A stretch of DNA of 64,000 bases from positions 1-64,000 of the forward strand of contig JAZDCZ010000409.1 of the NCBI GenBank assembly GCA_036679605.1. The letters run 5' to 3'. Shown in pieces: positions 40,022 through 49,459 of this stretch; the stretch's first letter is position 1, and each line of letters opens with the position of its first letter. Position numbers and translations under genes: made by a program. Below the pieces are notes generated by a model. That model saw only the letters and a list, made by a program, of their open reading frames with translations, had not been told where the DNA came from and searched no databases. The DNA comes from Gemmatimonadota bacterium (GTDB lineage: Bacteria > Gemmatimonadota > Gemmatimonadetes > Gemmatimonadales > GWC2-71-9).

Positions 40022-41242
40022 CTACAACCCTTCGTTTGGTGGTGTGGCGTACTCGTTTGATATCTGGCGGCGGATGAACTGGTTAAGCAGCGGTACTGCA
40101 AAGGAGTAGCGGCCGTGTCTGTTCTTGTAGATCAAGCCCGAGTTTGAGAGCGCCACGAGCATCTGACTAATGTGACTTGAGCTAAACGGCTTGTTCAGCA
40201 GCTGTTTGGACTTCTCGGCGATCTCCTGGACGGTAAACTCGGCCGCGGCGGCGTCCAGTTGCGCGATGACTGTCATTAACTCCCGCTGTCGATCAGTTGC
40301 GCGGGCCCAGCGACCTGCAAAGAAGTCAGTGTCCAGTTTTCTTCTGATTTCGGCAACTGGAACCCTTGGTTGTCCCTGCACGAATGCGTCATAGACCTCG
40401 CGGCAGATGAACTGAATGAAATAAGGATAGCCACCTGAGACTTCTACGATGAGTTTGATGGATAGCTCATCTAGCTTGACAGGGCAGCGGGTGTTCTCGA
40501 TTGGCTTCAGTATCGCGTCTCGGCTTTCCGGCTCTGCGAGGCTATCTAAGAACACAACACGGAACATCCGCTCAGCAAAGGTTCGGGCCTCCACCAGTTT
40601 TGGGAAGAGCGGTGGGAGCCCAGCCAGGACAAGCATGAATGGGATGTCTTTCTTCTGAATGGATTGAAAGACGTCAAGGAGCAAGGAAAGCGGGTAGTTG
40701 TCTTTCGCAGCGTGGTCCGCCAAGTTCTGCGCTTCATCGTAGGCAAAGATCAACCCGCTAGCAGAGGTCTGCTTCAGGACAGACCAAACCACCTCCAGGA
40801 CCTGTTTGAGTTTGTCGGAGGGCAGGCCAGGTGTGGACGTGTAGATTGACTGGAGAGTCTGGAAATCAAGTTTGATTTCATCTCGGGAGGGGGTCGCTCC
40901 AAATCCGATATTCGATCGTTCGCGTTCTCCCACTACGAACGATGCCGTCATGACGGAGAGATCGGTGAGGAGACGAAGGACTATTCTCTCTTCGCTGATG
41001 CTGGATGACTCGGATAGATCGGTGCCAACCCAACGCCATTTTTCCTGGATAGCGATGGGTTTCAAGGTGTCCAAGAGGACCGTCTTCCCAACACCCCGCA
41101 GCCCTGTGAGGACGAGATTCTCTAGAATCACCTCCTGCTCAAGCAAGCGCCTGAATTCCTCGGTTTCCTGGGCGCGACCTGCTAGGTATGGAGGTCTGTG
41201 GCCGGCTCCCGGACGAAACGGATTTGCGAATTCCTTAGCCAT
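40022..41242 (-). CDS. AAA ATPase (AAA_16-like) with probable C-terminal winged helix
   Basis: NPFRPGAG..LAGR, GLRGVGKT, FAYDEAQ, SGGYPYFIQ. Confidence 0.85.
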   Translation of the reverse strand: MAKEFANPFRPGAGHRPPYLAGRAQETEEFRRLLEQEVILENLVLTGLRGVGKTVLLDTLKPIAIQEKWRWVGTDLSESSSISEERIVLRLLTDLSVMTASFVVGERERSNIGFGATPSRDEIKLDFQTLQSIYTSTPGLPSDKLKQVLEVVWSVLKQTSASGLIFAYDEAQNLADHAAKDNYPLSLLLDVFQSIQKKDIPFMLVLAGLPPLFPKLVEARTFAERMFRVVFLDSLAEPESRDAILKPIENTRCPVKLDELSIKLIVEVSGGYPYFIQFICREVYDAFVQGQPRVPVAEIRRKLDTDFFAGRWARATDRQRELMTVIAQLDAAAAEFTVQEIAEKSKQLLNKPFSSSHISQMLVALSNSGLIYKNRHGRYSFAVPLLNQFIRRQISNEYATPPNEGL

Positions 41243-41278
41243 AGTAAGGACAATTTAGGATAATATCTAACTTTATGC

Positions 41279-41300
41279 AATTGACTAAATTTAGTCTATT
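41279..41300. promoter_or_regulatory. AT-rich palindrome upstream of ATPase gene
   Basis: AATTGACTAAATTTAGTCTATT with perfect 14-bp core GACTAAATTTAGTC. Confidence 0.55.
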
Positions 41301-41324
41301 GTGTGTGGCAGTATTGATTCCACT

Positions 41325-41909
41325 TTACTCTTTTGATATCAACACCTTAGAGCTAACCTCTTGTCCTAACCTTGTGCGCATGACTACACCTGTTCGTGCC
41401 AACACTCCCACAGGCCACCCCTTCGCCTTTGCGCCCGAAGGACCGGTAAGGCTGATTGACCGTGCAAATCGGCCCGATCCGTCGAAAATCGAGGCACGCT
41501 GCGTGATGAGACCCTGAAGTACTATCAATGAGTCACTGCGATAGCGCATTAGATTGGTTATGGACTGAAACTCCCCCGGACCGGCGCCTTCGCCACCGGC
41601 TGTAGTTACGTGCACGCCGAGTGAATCGTACAGACGGATCGTCTTGGCACCGTTCTCGGCAACTATTATGGTACCGTTATCCAATAGAAGAGCATCTGCA
41701 ACACGATAAAGCGTGTACTCACCCGGTCCATCGACGGACCCAATGGACACGACCGGTAGGCTCGACACTCGCCAGCGGTTGGAGTCGGTCCACTCTGGTT
41801 GGAAAGACGTGACTACTCTGATGCCGGCGCTATCCGCCACAATCACGGCCGGGCGTTCAGTCCTCCCGCAGGCGGTGAGAAGTACTACAGCAACTGTCAG
41901 AAAGCGCAC
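41325..41909 (-). pseudogene. Truncated 6-bladed beta-propeller lipoprotein
   Basis: Parallels the first ~45% of 41956-43251 (DSAGIRVV, GGEGAGPGEF), then ends in AT-rich sequence. Confidence 0.65.
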
Positions 41910-41955
41910 GATCGAATGGACGACCTCAGTTTGAAGAGAAGGCGATTTCTGGGAA

Positions 41956-43251
41956 TTAGGGTTTCCTCAAGTCGTACAGCCGAACGTGTTCCAAATCCAT
42001 GTCATCAGTCCACACACCTAGCACGTAGTCCTCTCCTATATCCAGTGCTCGAAAGCGTTCGGGGAACCCAACACTGCCGAGTAGGATTCCATGTCGATCA
42101 AACACCGTCCAACATATCCGGTCATCCCCCGGAAGGCTGTACTCCTGGACCCACAGGTTGCCAATGTTGTCGATCCGTACCGTGGCATAAGCAGGCATGG
42201 CTGGAGAGTGCGGCTGCCCGCGCAACAGACCATCCATGACCTGCAGTGAACGTTCGTCGGACGCTCTCTCCTCGAGAAAACTCTTGCGGAAGAGATCAAG
42301 GTGGGCTTCGGTTACTTCGATCAGGTCACGATCCACACGAATCAACGACCTAAGACCACCGCCCGACCCGTGCATCTGGATCTCGTACGTGTCGTTGGCA
42401 GCCACGTAGAACTGGTCGCCGTGCACCGCAAATGTCGTTGAGCGTCCAAACACGAGCCAGGCGCGCACCCTTTTGCCATCACCGTTGATGCGCAGGAAGC
42501 CCTCATCCGTCCCAGGATACGACCCAACACTGCTGCTCGAGTTTCCGTCGAATGAGTAGCGATAGAGTGAAGCATCTCCACGATAGAATCCTAACGGAGC
42601 TTCGAACACGCTTGCTGACGAACCTTGGATCAAGAAACCCGCGGTTGTGAAAACCCCCAACACAAAAGGGTATGGCACTCCCTCGGTCGCTCTGAGTGCA
42701 ATCGATCGTCCAAACCGCCCCCTCGTATCGAACACGGACAAACGCCGGTGCTTGAGATCGTACGCTATCAACGAATCCGCAGCGAAGCGCTCCACCCAAC
42801 CGACGTTTCGAAACTCACCAGGACCATCACCCGCACCACCCGTGGTGGCATCATACGTTCCGTCACGATCGTAGAACCGTAACTCGTGGGTACCGGCATT
42901 GGCGATCATTATGCGGTCGTCGCCTAGCTGGATGGCGCTCGCCACACGGAATAGCTGATAGTTGGGATCGTCCTGCCGGTCACCGATGTCCACCGTCGGC
43001 TGATCGGCCAGCCGCCATGCCTCGCCCTCACTCCACACGGGGTCGGAATTCTCAACGATCGTCACACCGGAGCTGTCACGGACTGTGGAGGTATGATGCG
43101 CTGCCGCCGCACCCTCGCACCCAGCCAACACGAGCGAGCCAAGAACCAAACCGACTGCCGGCCCGACATTGCAAAACACAAGAGTTGAGACAGTCTGACT
43201 ACGATCGCGCATCGTGTCCGTGGCAGGGAAAGAGAAACAGAGCTTCATCAT
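41956..43251 (-). CDS. 6-bladed beta-propeller lipoprotein
   Basis: Lipobox LAGC, RDSSGVTIVEN, GAGDGPGEF, GNLWV; start uncertain. Confidence 0.8.
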   Translation of the reverse strand: MMKLCFSFPATDTMRDRSQTVSTLVFCNVGPAVGLVLGSLVLAGCEGAAAAHHTSTVRDSSGVTIVENSDPVWSEGEAWRLADQPTVDIGDRQDDPNYQLFRVASAIQLGDDRIMIANAGTHELRFYDRDGTYDATTGGAGDGPGEFRNVGWVERFAADSLIAYDLKHRRLSVFDTRGRFGRSIALRATEGVPYPFVLGVFTTAGFLIQGSSASVFEAPLGFYRGDASLYRYSFDGNSSSSVGSYPGTDEGFLRINGDGKRVRAWLVFGRSTTFAVHGDQFYVAANDTYEIQMHGSGGGLRSLIRVDRDLIEVTEAHLDLFRKSFLEERASDERSLQVMDGLLRGQPHSPAMPAYATVRIDNIGNLWVQEYSLPGDDRICWTVFDRHGILLGSVGFPERFRALDIGEDYVLGVWTDDMDLEHVRLYDLRKP

Positions 43252-43370
43252 TGCTCCTTCTCGCTAACACCTAGTACCGGACACCGGTTCCGACAAGTAT
43301 TGCTATTGGTCAGAGGAAACCAACGCAGCATTGGGGAACTTATTGGCATTAGTTACCTTACGGCTCTTCG

Positions 43371-43454
43371 GGAGGGCTAGTCCTAACTGGTAAGGCAGCG
43401 GTCTTGAAAACCGCCGCGCGCGAGCGCTTCGGGGTTCGAGTCCCCGGCCCTCCG
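43371..43454 (+). tRNA. tRNA-Ser(TGA)
   Basis: Acceptor GGAGGGC/GCCCTCC, anticodon arm GCGGT-CTTGAAA-ACCGC, long variable arm, GTTCGAG; CCA not encoded. Confidence 0.95.
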
Positions 43455-43478
43455 CTGGAGTGGCAAAACCTCAGCCAC

Positions 43479-44048
43479 TCACAATCCGGCAGTCGAACGC
43501 TGCAACTCCACGATCCACGCGGGAGTCTCGGCGAGGTACTCCCGTAGCGGCTTGGCGCGGGCGAAATAGTACCTCGCGTTTAGGCCCTGAACTAGAAGGC
43601 TGACTACGGCAACCCCACTGTACATCGCCACTGTGAGTGGTGTGATGAGGTCTGCCACCGACCCAACGATGTCTTCCAATTCGCCGAGTGCGGGCACGGG
43701 ACTAGCCAGGGTTCTGTAGATACTCCACACACAGTAGGCGACGAGCAACGTCATGAAGCCCAGTTGATTCTTTCCCAGGAGTTGGGGACCCTGAGGCTTG
43801 AAGTGACGTAGCAGTCGAGATCCCCTAAACTCATTCCACGCGACCAATCCCATTCCGAGGCTCATCACCAACGCCGTGAGGCTGAACAGGCCGAAAGCCA
43901 ACGTGACTGCGGCGAACGATCCGATGGTCCAGCCGTTGAACGTCGCGACCTTTGCCGCGCCCAGAACTTTCGCGGCTCGTTGGTTCGCCCTGGCCAATTG
44001 ATCACGCTGCTCCGGCGAGAGCGGTCCACCAGCCCTGAGTTCAGTCAA
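43479..44048 (-). CDS. Hypothetical membrane protein
   Basis: 189-aa ORF with about 4 hydrophobic segments. Confidence 0.65.
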   Translation of the reverse strand: MTELRAGGPLSPEQRDQLARANQRAAKVLGAAKVATFNGWTIGSFAAVTLAFGLFSLTALVMSLGMGLVAWNEFRGSRLLRHFKPQGPQLLGKNQLGFMTLLVAYCVWSIYRTLASPVPALGELEDIVGSVADLITPLTVAMYSGVAVVSLLVQGLNARYYFARAKPLREYLAETPAWIVELQRSTAGL

Positions 44049-44063
44049 CGCGTCGCCGGCCCG

Positions 44064-44252
44064 TTAGGCCTCCGGCCGCTCCCTTACCGGCAGCCCCCGC
44101 GCCCGCCGCCGTTCGGCGAAAAACGCCGCCACTTCACCGAGCTGCTCAATCACCTTGAGCTTCTCCCGGAAGGAGAGGGCCAGAAACTCACGATGCTGTT
44201 GGCGCCTATTCCCCTCCCACGTGGCAACGCTCCAGTCCACTGCATCACTCAT
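44064..44252 (-). CDS. Small hypothetical protein, partner of nucleotidyltransferase
   Basis: DWSVATWEGNRRQQHREFLALSFREKL; overlaps the upstream gene end. Confidence 0.6.
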   Translation of the reverse strand: MSDAVDWSVATWEGNRRQQHREFLALSFREKLKVIEQLGEVAAFFAERRRARGLPVRERPEA

Positions 44253-44455
44253 CTTCCAGATCTCCGTACAGCTGCTCGAGTTCGGCGACATCGGCGAGAT
44301 CCTGCGGCCTCCCGCTTGAACCGCACCACGAGGTCCAGATCTTGAGTGAACCGCCCATAGCCATGCGCGTTGACCGCCAGCCCTCCCACGACGATGAACG
44401 GTACTCCTACTTCGTTCAGAGCGCGTGCAACCGCCTCGACGCTGGACAATCTCAC
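44245..44455 (-). pseudogene. Internally deleted nucleotidyltransferase (DUF6036-like)
   Basis: IVVGGLAVNAHG..RFTQDLD joined out of frame to GRPQDLADVAEL. Confidence 0.7.
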
Positions 44456-44535
44456 TGTGCTACATCCAAGGACATGCTCCAGGCAACTTGTAAGGTCCAG
44501 TACAATCTGGCCACCGTTGCCAGAATAGTGAACCG

Positions 44536-45564
44536 TCAGCCACGCAATCGACCAAACTCCGCTCCAAATTCCGCTTCCATCCTACGCTTCGCGTCTACGT
44601 CCAGGAACGAAGCGCGCACCGCATTCAGCACTAGTCCTTCGATCATCTCGGCGTCGAATCCAAATGCCTGCGACACCTTCAGGTATTCATCAGTTAGCGT
44701 GGTATCAAACATCGGTGGGTCGTCCGAGTTGACCGTCACATAGAGTCCCCGTTCGATCAATTCCGGTAGTGGGTGTTCGGCTATACTCGAGACCACACCA
44801 AGGCACACGTTACTGGTGGGACAAACTTCGAGCGGGATCTTGCGCGTGCGCAGCACCTCGACCAATTCCGTGTCCTCGAGGCAGCGCACGCCGTGACCGA
44901 TCCGGGCGGCGTGCAAGATTTCTACTGCCCCCCAAATACTCTCCGCACCCATCGTTTCACCTGCATGTGGCACGGACGATAGTCCAGCGGAGTGAATTCG
45001 CTCGAATGCACGGACGAATTTCTCCGGAGGGTTGCCTTCTTCCGGTCCTCCCAGACCGAAGGCCACAATACCGTCATTCATTCCCCCAATCGCCCAGTCG
45101 GCGATCATGGTCCCGTGTTTAGCGTCGACGTTGCGCGGAATGTCCAATACGATCCCCATCCCGACACCGAGTTCGGACTCCGCCCAGGCGCGTGCGCGGT
45201 TCAGCGCAGCCAATTGAACGTCGAACTCGAGCCCTTTCTGCAAATAATGTGTGAAAGCAGTGTAGGTGACTTCGCTGTACAATATGTTCTGCCGAGCTTG
45301 CTCGGTTAGGAATTCACGAGCAATGAGTTCGATGTCGTCCGGCGTCCGGACACAGTTTGAAATCGCTATGTAGACGTCGATGAAATGTGGAAAGTCTACG
45401 AACTCATACCACTTGCGGATGCCTTCGACGGTATCCGCAGGGAGCGCCACCTTGTGCCGTTGCGCTAACTCCAGGAGCGTGGCCGGCCTGATCGACCCCT
45501 CCAAGTGCACGTGGAGTTCGACCTTGGGCATCGCCTTGATGAAACGGGCAAGACTATCTTGCAA
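44536..45564 (-). CDS. add: Adenosine/adenine deaminase
   Basis: PKVELHVHLEG, HAGE, RIGHG, EVCPTSN, NSDDP. Confidence 0.93.
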   Translation of the reverse strand: MQDSLARFIKAMPKVELHVHLEGSIRPATLLELAQRHKVALPADTVEGIRKWYEFVDFPHFIDVYIAISNCVRTPDDIELIAREFLTEQARQNILYSEVTYTAFTHYLQKGLEFDVQLAALNRARAWAESELGVGMGIVLDIPRNVDAKHGTMIADWAIGGMNDGIVAFGLGGPEEGNPPEKFVRAFERIHSAGLSSVPHAGETMGAESIWGAVEILHAARIGHGVRCLEDTELVEVLRTRKIPLEVCPTSNVCLGVVSSIAEHPLPELIERGLYVTVNSDDPPMFDTTLTDEYLKVSQAFGFDAEMIEGLVLNAVRASFLDVDAKRRMEAEFGAEFGRLRG

Positions 45565-45661
45565 TTGTCGTTGTACCCTTGCGGAAGTCGGCTTGTGAAG
45601 CTATCGAAGGTGAACCTAGCTGAACTCAGTCCAACCTGTCAAAAGACACCGAGGCAGCCGA

Positions 45662-45820
45662 ATGAAAGTTCCAGCAGAAATCTACCAGCAGATCGTCACC
45701 GAGATCTCGAGTGACTCGAGTCCGGTAGGAATCGACGCAAAGAAAACACACGTGATCATCCTACACAAGCTGATGGAAATCGAGAAGCGACTGACGGAAC
45801 TCGAGAAAAGAATCAACTGA
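45662..45820 (+). CDS. 52-aa hypothetical protein below ORF-track cutoff
   Basis: MKVPAEIYQQIVTEISSDSSPVGIDAKKTHVIILHKLMEIEKRLTELEKRIN; GAGG upstream. Confidence 0.65.
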   Translation: MKVPAEIYQQIVTEISSDSSPVGIDAKKTHVIILHKLMEIEKRLTELEKRIN

Positions 45821-45835
45821 CGCGGGTTCGAAAAC

Positions 45836-47224
45836 ATGGCCGTCACTATCCTGAGCATTGGGCTCCTCGTTTTCTTCGGTCACTTTCTGGCCGGGTTCTT
45901 CGAGCGCACAAAAATTCCGGACGTCTTGATCCTCATGCTGGCAGGGATGGTACTGGGGCCCGTTCTGCACCTGGTCCAACCGCAGGACTTCGGTAAAGTC
46001 GGGTCGGTGTTCTCCAACCTCGCCCTCATAATCATTCTCTTTGAGGGCGGCATTCACCTGAATGTCAAACACTTGAGTTCGGCTGCGCGAGATACTTTGG
46101 CGATCTCTCTATCTACGTTCGCAGTCACCGTACTTTTGCTCGCCCTCATAGCGAACCTGCTTCTTCCTGTCGATTTCCCAACGGCTTTGCTCATTGGGAC
46201 AATCTTGGGAGGAACATCCTCGGCGGTAGTCGTTCCATTGATACGTGCTCTTCGGATCGAGACTACGCCCAGCACGGTGCTGTTTCTCGAGTCCGCCTTG
46301 ACCGACGTGCTAGTCATAGTCCTGTCGCTGGCATTATTCCAAGGAATGGTTGCAAGCGGTGGAGCCGCCGAGCCGACTACGGGCGGGAGTTCTCTCACAT
46401 TCGAAATAGTGAGGTCCTTCGTCATTGCGGGAATGATTGGCGGTGCCGGCGCTTTCGTGTGGTCCGCCCTGCTGGACAGGATTAGGCAGCTCCCGAACAC
46501 GGTTTTTACCACGATCGCCTACGTCTTCATTTTGTTTGGCATCTCTGAGCTGGCCGGCTACAGTGGCGCGATTGCTGCCCTCACCTTCGGCGTTGCTGTC
46601 GCAAACTTCCCCAACATTCCTGACAGGCTGTTCGGGAAAGTATTCAGCTTCCGGCTTGCGGCCTTTGCCGAACACGAGCGCGCGCTATTCGCCGAGGCGG
46701 TCTTTCTGGTCAAGACATTCTTCTTCGTGTTCCTCGGTGTGTCGATGACCTTCGGCGACGGTCGCGCCGTAACGGCCGGCGCGGTACTCGCGGCGCTAGC
46801 TTTCCTGGCGCGTGTCCCGATAGTTAGGCTGCTGGCTCCGCCATCCGTAACTCGTCGTGACGCTGCTCTCATGACGGCGATGGTACCGAAAGGTCTGGCA
46901 TCGGCGGTTCTCGCCGCACTTGCGGTCGAGGCGGCCCTGCCCGACAGTGACGTAATCCAGGGAACCGTTTACGCGGCGATCTTCTTCAGCATATCGTTTT
47001 GCGCTGCGCTCGTGTTCTCGATAGAGCGAGGATTGCTCGATAGCGCCGCATCCAAATCATGGTTGCGGAAGTTTGCCCATCATGCGGAAATCGGCTCAGC
47101 CCCGTCGGAGGCGCTTGATCTCACTGCTCCGGTTCTGGAGCTGCCGGAAATGCTGATGGGACTCCAAGAACCAAACCTGATCACCGATCTTGCGGATGAT
47201 TTCGGAGACGAGGACCAAGACTGA
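45836..47224 (+). CDS. Cation:proton antiporter (CPA1/NhaP-like)
   Basis: IILFEGG, GGTSSAVV, LESALTD, PKGLASAVLA. Confidence 0.88.
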   Translation: MAVTILSIGLLVFFGHFLAGFFERTKIPDVLILMLAGMVLGPVLHLVQPQDFGKVGSVFSNLALIIILFEGGIHLNVKHLSSAARDTLAISLSTFAVTVLLLALIANLLLPVDFPTALLIGTILGGTSSAVVVPLIRALRIETTPSTVLFLESALTDVLVIVLSLALFQGMVASGGAAEPTTGGSSLTFEIVRSFVIAGMIGGAGAFVWSALLDRIRQLPNTVFTTIAYVFILFGISELAGYSGAIAALTFGVAVANFPNIPDRLFGKVFSFRLAAFAEHERALFAEAVFLVKTFFFVFLGVSMTFGDGRAVTAGAVLAALAFLARVPIVRLLAPPSVTRRDAALMTAMVPKGLASAVLAALAVEAALPDSDVIQGTVYAAIFFSISFCAALVFSIERGLLDSAASKSWLRKFAHHAEIGSAPSEALDLTAPVLELPEMLMGLQEPNLITDLADDFGDEDQD

Positions 47225-47313
47225 GACAGCTCTGCCGGTCGCGCTTGTCTTAGGCGACGATCCCTGTCACATTTCGTGCGGCGTGGCCAGATCCAGCGGC
47301 TCAGGTCCTGCCG

Positions 47314-47403
47314 GGAGAGGTGGCTGAGTGGCTTAAAGCGACGGTTTGCTAAACCGTTGTAGGGTTTATAGCCCTACCGAGGGTTCGAATCCCTCCCTCT
47401 CCG
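47314..47403 (+). tRNA. tRNA-Ser(GCT)
   Basis: Acceptor GGAGAGG/CCTCTCC, ACGGT-TTGCTAA-ACCGT, long variable arm, GTTCGAATC. Confidence 0.95.
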
Positions 47404-47409
47404 TCCCAT

Positions 47410-48285
47410 CTACGGTATGATCGTGTCGCGCTTGGCCGGCTTCTTGGCGATCTCTTCCACGATCAGCTTGGCGCGCTTCCGCGCCTCGCGCTCCGCATCC
47501 TTTCGCTTACGAATTTCCTTCACGTACCTGTTGAAATCAGCTCTGTTATCGGCCACGCGCGCAGAATAAATGATCTGCTCTCGCACGGCCGCCAACGCCT
47601 GAGCGTCCTTGGCCTGGTAGTAGTTGCCCTGCGGTGCCGGAATCAACGCCAAGATAGCAGACGGTATCTTGAGATCGCCCAGATAGACCCATTTCTCGTC
47701 CACGCCCCACGTCTTTCCATCTATGTCTCTCGTCCACTTCGGGATATCGGCAGTCCTAAAACCATCCGGCGGCAATGTGTCGATGAACGCGAGGATCCGT
47801 GCCTTGAGCGCCGAGTCGACCTTCTCCGCATGAGTGAGAGGATCGGACGAGCCGCTTAGTCCCAATCGGGCGTCCAGCGGGCCTACCCAGAAACGGCCAT
47901 CGCCATATTCGAGCCCTACCAGCGGTGTCCTACCGAGTATTGGATCGTAGTCCGAGAACCTACGGTCGGGCACGCCGATGGGCGCCACTTCAGGAACGAT
48001 ATCGACTCTGGGAACGACGCGTACGGCGCCGGACGGCGAGGGTTCTCGAGCAGGCGCAACTGCCGGAGCAGACGGTGGTCCGTCCGCAAACACCGGCACC
48101 GCAGATTGCCGTGTCCCGGTAGGGGCCCCCAGATCAATGAAACGGATCGTGGTGCGCGTTACGACCGAGTGCCCCACCCATGAAACAAGTATGGCGGCCA
48201 CGACCGCGTGTATGAGAGTACTCGCCACTCCCCAACGAGCTTGCGACTTGTCCGGGTCAGGCAGCCGAAAACTACGCCGTGGCAT
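47410..48285 (-). CDS. Hypothetical membrane-anchored protein
   Basis: N-terminal TM, Pro-rich linker; overlaps upstream gene. Confidence 0.7.
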   Translation of the reverse strand: MPRRSFRLPDPDKSQARWGVASTLIHAVVAAILVSWVGHSVVTRTTIRFIDLGAPTGTRQSAVPVFADGPPSAPAVAPAREPSPSGAVRVVPRVDIVPEVAPIGVPDRRFSDYDPILGRTPLVGLEYGDGRFWVGPLDARLGLSGSSDPLTHAEKVDSALKARILAFIDTLPPDGFRTADIPKWTRDIDGKTWGVDEKWVYLGDLKIPSAILALIPAPQGNYYQAKDAQALAAVREQIIYSARVADNRADFNRYVKEIRKRKDAEREARKRAKLIVEEIAKKPAKRDTIIP

Positions 48286-49459
48286 TCACCGCCCCCAAAC
48301 GAGTTAACGTCCGTCCGATTCGGCACGCCACTTCATCCCACCGGTCCTCCCCAATCGTGAACGCAACCCTGACATAGCCCTCGCCATTTTCGCCCAAAGC
48401 GGAGCCCGGCATGACCATCAATGCCTCTTGGTGCAATACATCATGTGCGAGCGAAGACGACGAGATTGCTCCCGGAAGCTCTAGCCACAGATACATTGCG
48501 GCCTGGGGCGGCTCCACTTGGAAACCCGCTTGCCCGAACGCAGCCACAGCAGCATCGCGACGCTTTCTCAGACAAGCACGCACCGGCTCGACTACCGACT
48601 CCAAGTTGCGCAGTACGGCGGCCCCCGCGTGCTGAACGGCAAGGAACGGCCCTGCGTCAACGTAACTCTTGATCTTGCTGAGTGCGGCAATCAACTTCGC
48701 CGACCCAACGGCCCAACCAATTCGCCAGCCCGTCATGCACGCGGACTTCGACAACGAGTGAAACTCCAGCGTGACATCCCGCGCTCCGGGAATCTCAAGC
48801 ACACTGGGCGCTACGTAGCCGTCGTAGGTGAGTTCACAGTAGGGATTATCGTAAGCCAACGCGATGCCGTTCACATTACATGTTTCGACCGTACGTTCGA
48901 GATAATCGCGCGGCGCAATAGCCGCGGTAGGATTGTTGGGATAGTTGAGAAACACCAGACGCGCCTTAGCCAAACGATCGCGCGGTAACTCCGACAGTTC
49001 CAGCAAGAACCTGTTGTCGCTAGTCAACGAAACAGTCTCTACCTGAGCGTTGGCCAGGATCGCACCTCCGGCGTACGCCGGGTACCCCGGATCCGGTACG
49101 ATACACACGTCCCCCGGATCGGCCAACGCAAGCGGAAGATGGGATAGGCCGTCCTTAGAACCAATAAGCGGCAGAACCTCTGCGATAGGATCAACCGAGA
49201 CGCCAAAGCGACGCTCCATGTAGTTGGCAACGGCCTCACGGAATTCCGTGAGCCCGGTTTGAAAGGAGTAGCGGCTCATTCGCGAGTCGGCTAAAGCCTC
49301 GTTCAGCGCTTGAACCGCCAGTTCGGGCGGTTGTAGATCTATGTCGCCGGCGCCGACGTCGATCACGTCGGCACCGTCGGCGACCAGTTTCTTCTTGGCC
49401 GCAGCAAGCTCGCTCACTACGTAGCCTGGAAGGCGACGCTCGCGGTCGCTAGTGTGCAT
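48272..49459 (-). CDS. Class I/II aminotransferase (LL-DAP aminotransferase-like)
   Basis: LIGSKDG, LNYPNNPT, EFHSLSKS..MTGWRIG. Confidence 0.88.
   Translation of the reverse strand: MHTSDRERRLPGYVVSELAAAKKKLVADGADVIDVGAGDIDLQPPELAVQALNEALADSRMSRYSFQTGLTEFREAVANYMERRFGVSVDPIAEVLPLIGSKDGLSHLPLALADPGDVCIVPDPGYPAYAGGAILANAQVETVSLTSDNRFLLELSELPRDRLAKARLVFLNYPNNPTAAIAPRDYLERTVETCNVNGIALAYDNPYCELTYDGYVAPSVLEIPGARDVTLEFHSLSKSACMTGWRIGWAVGSAKLIAALSKIKSYVDAGPFLAVQHAGAAVLRNLESVVEPVRACLRKRRDAAVAAFGQAGFQVEPPQAAMYLWLELPGAISSSSLAHDVLHQEALMVMPGSALGENGEGYVRVAFTIGEDRWDEVACRIGRTLTRLGAVNATA

Noticed and set aside
43371..43454. Possible tRNA-Sec to serve the UGA codon
   Set aside because: Anticodon is TGA (Ser), not TCA, and the acceptor stem is 7 bp. 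No sel genes are visible in the window.
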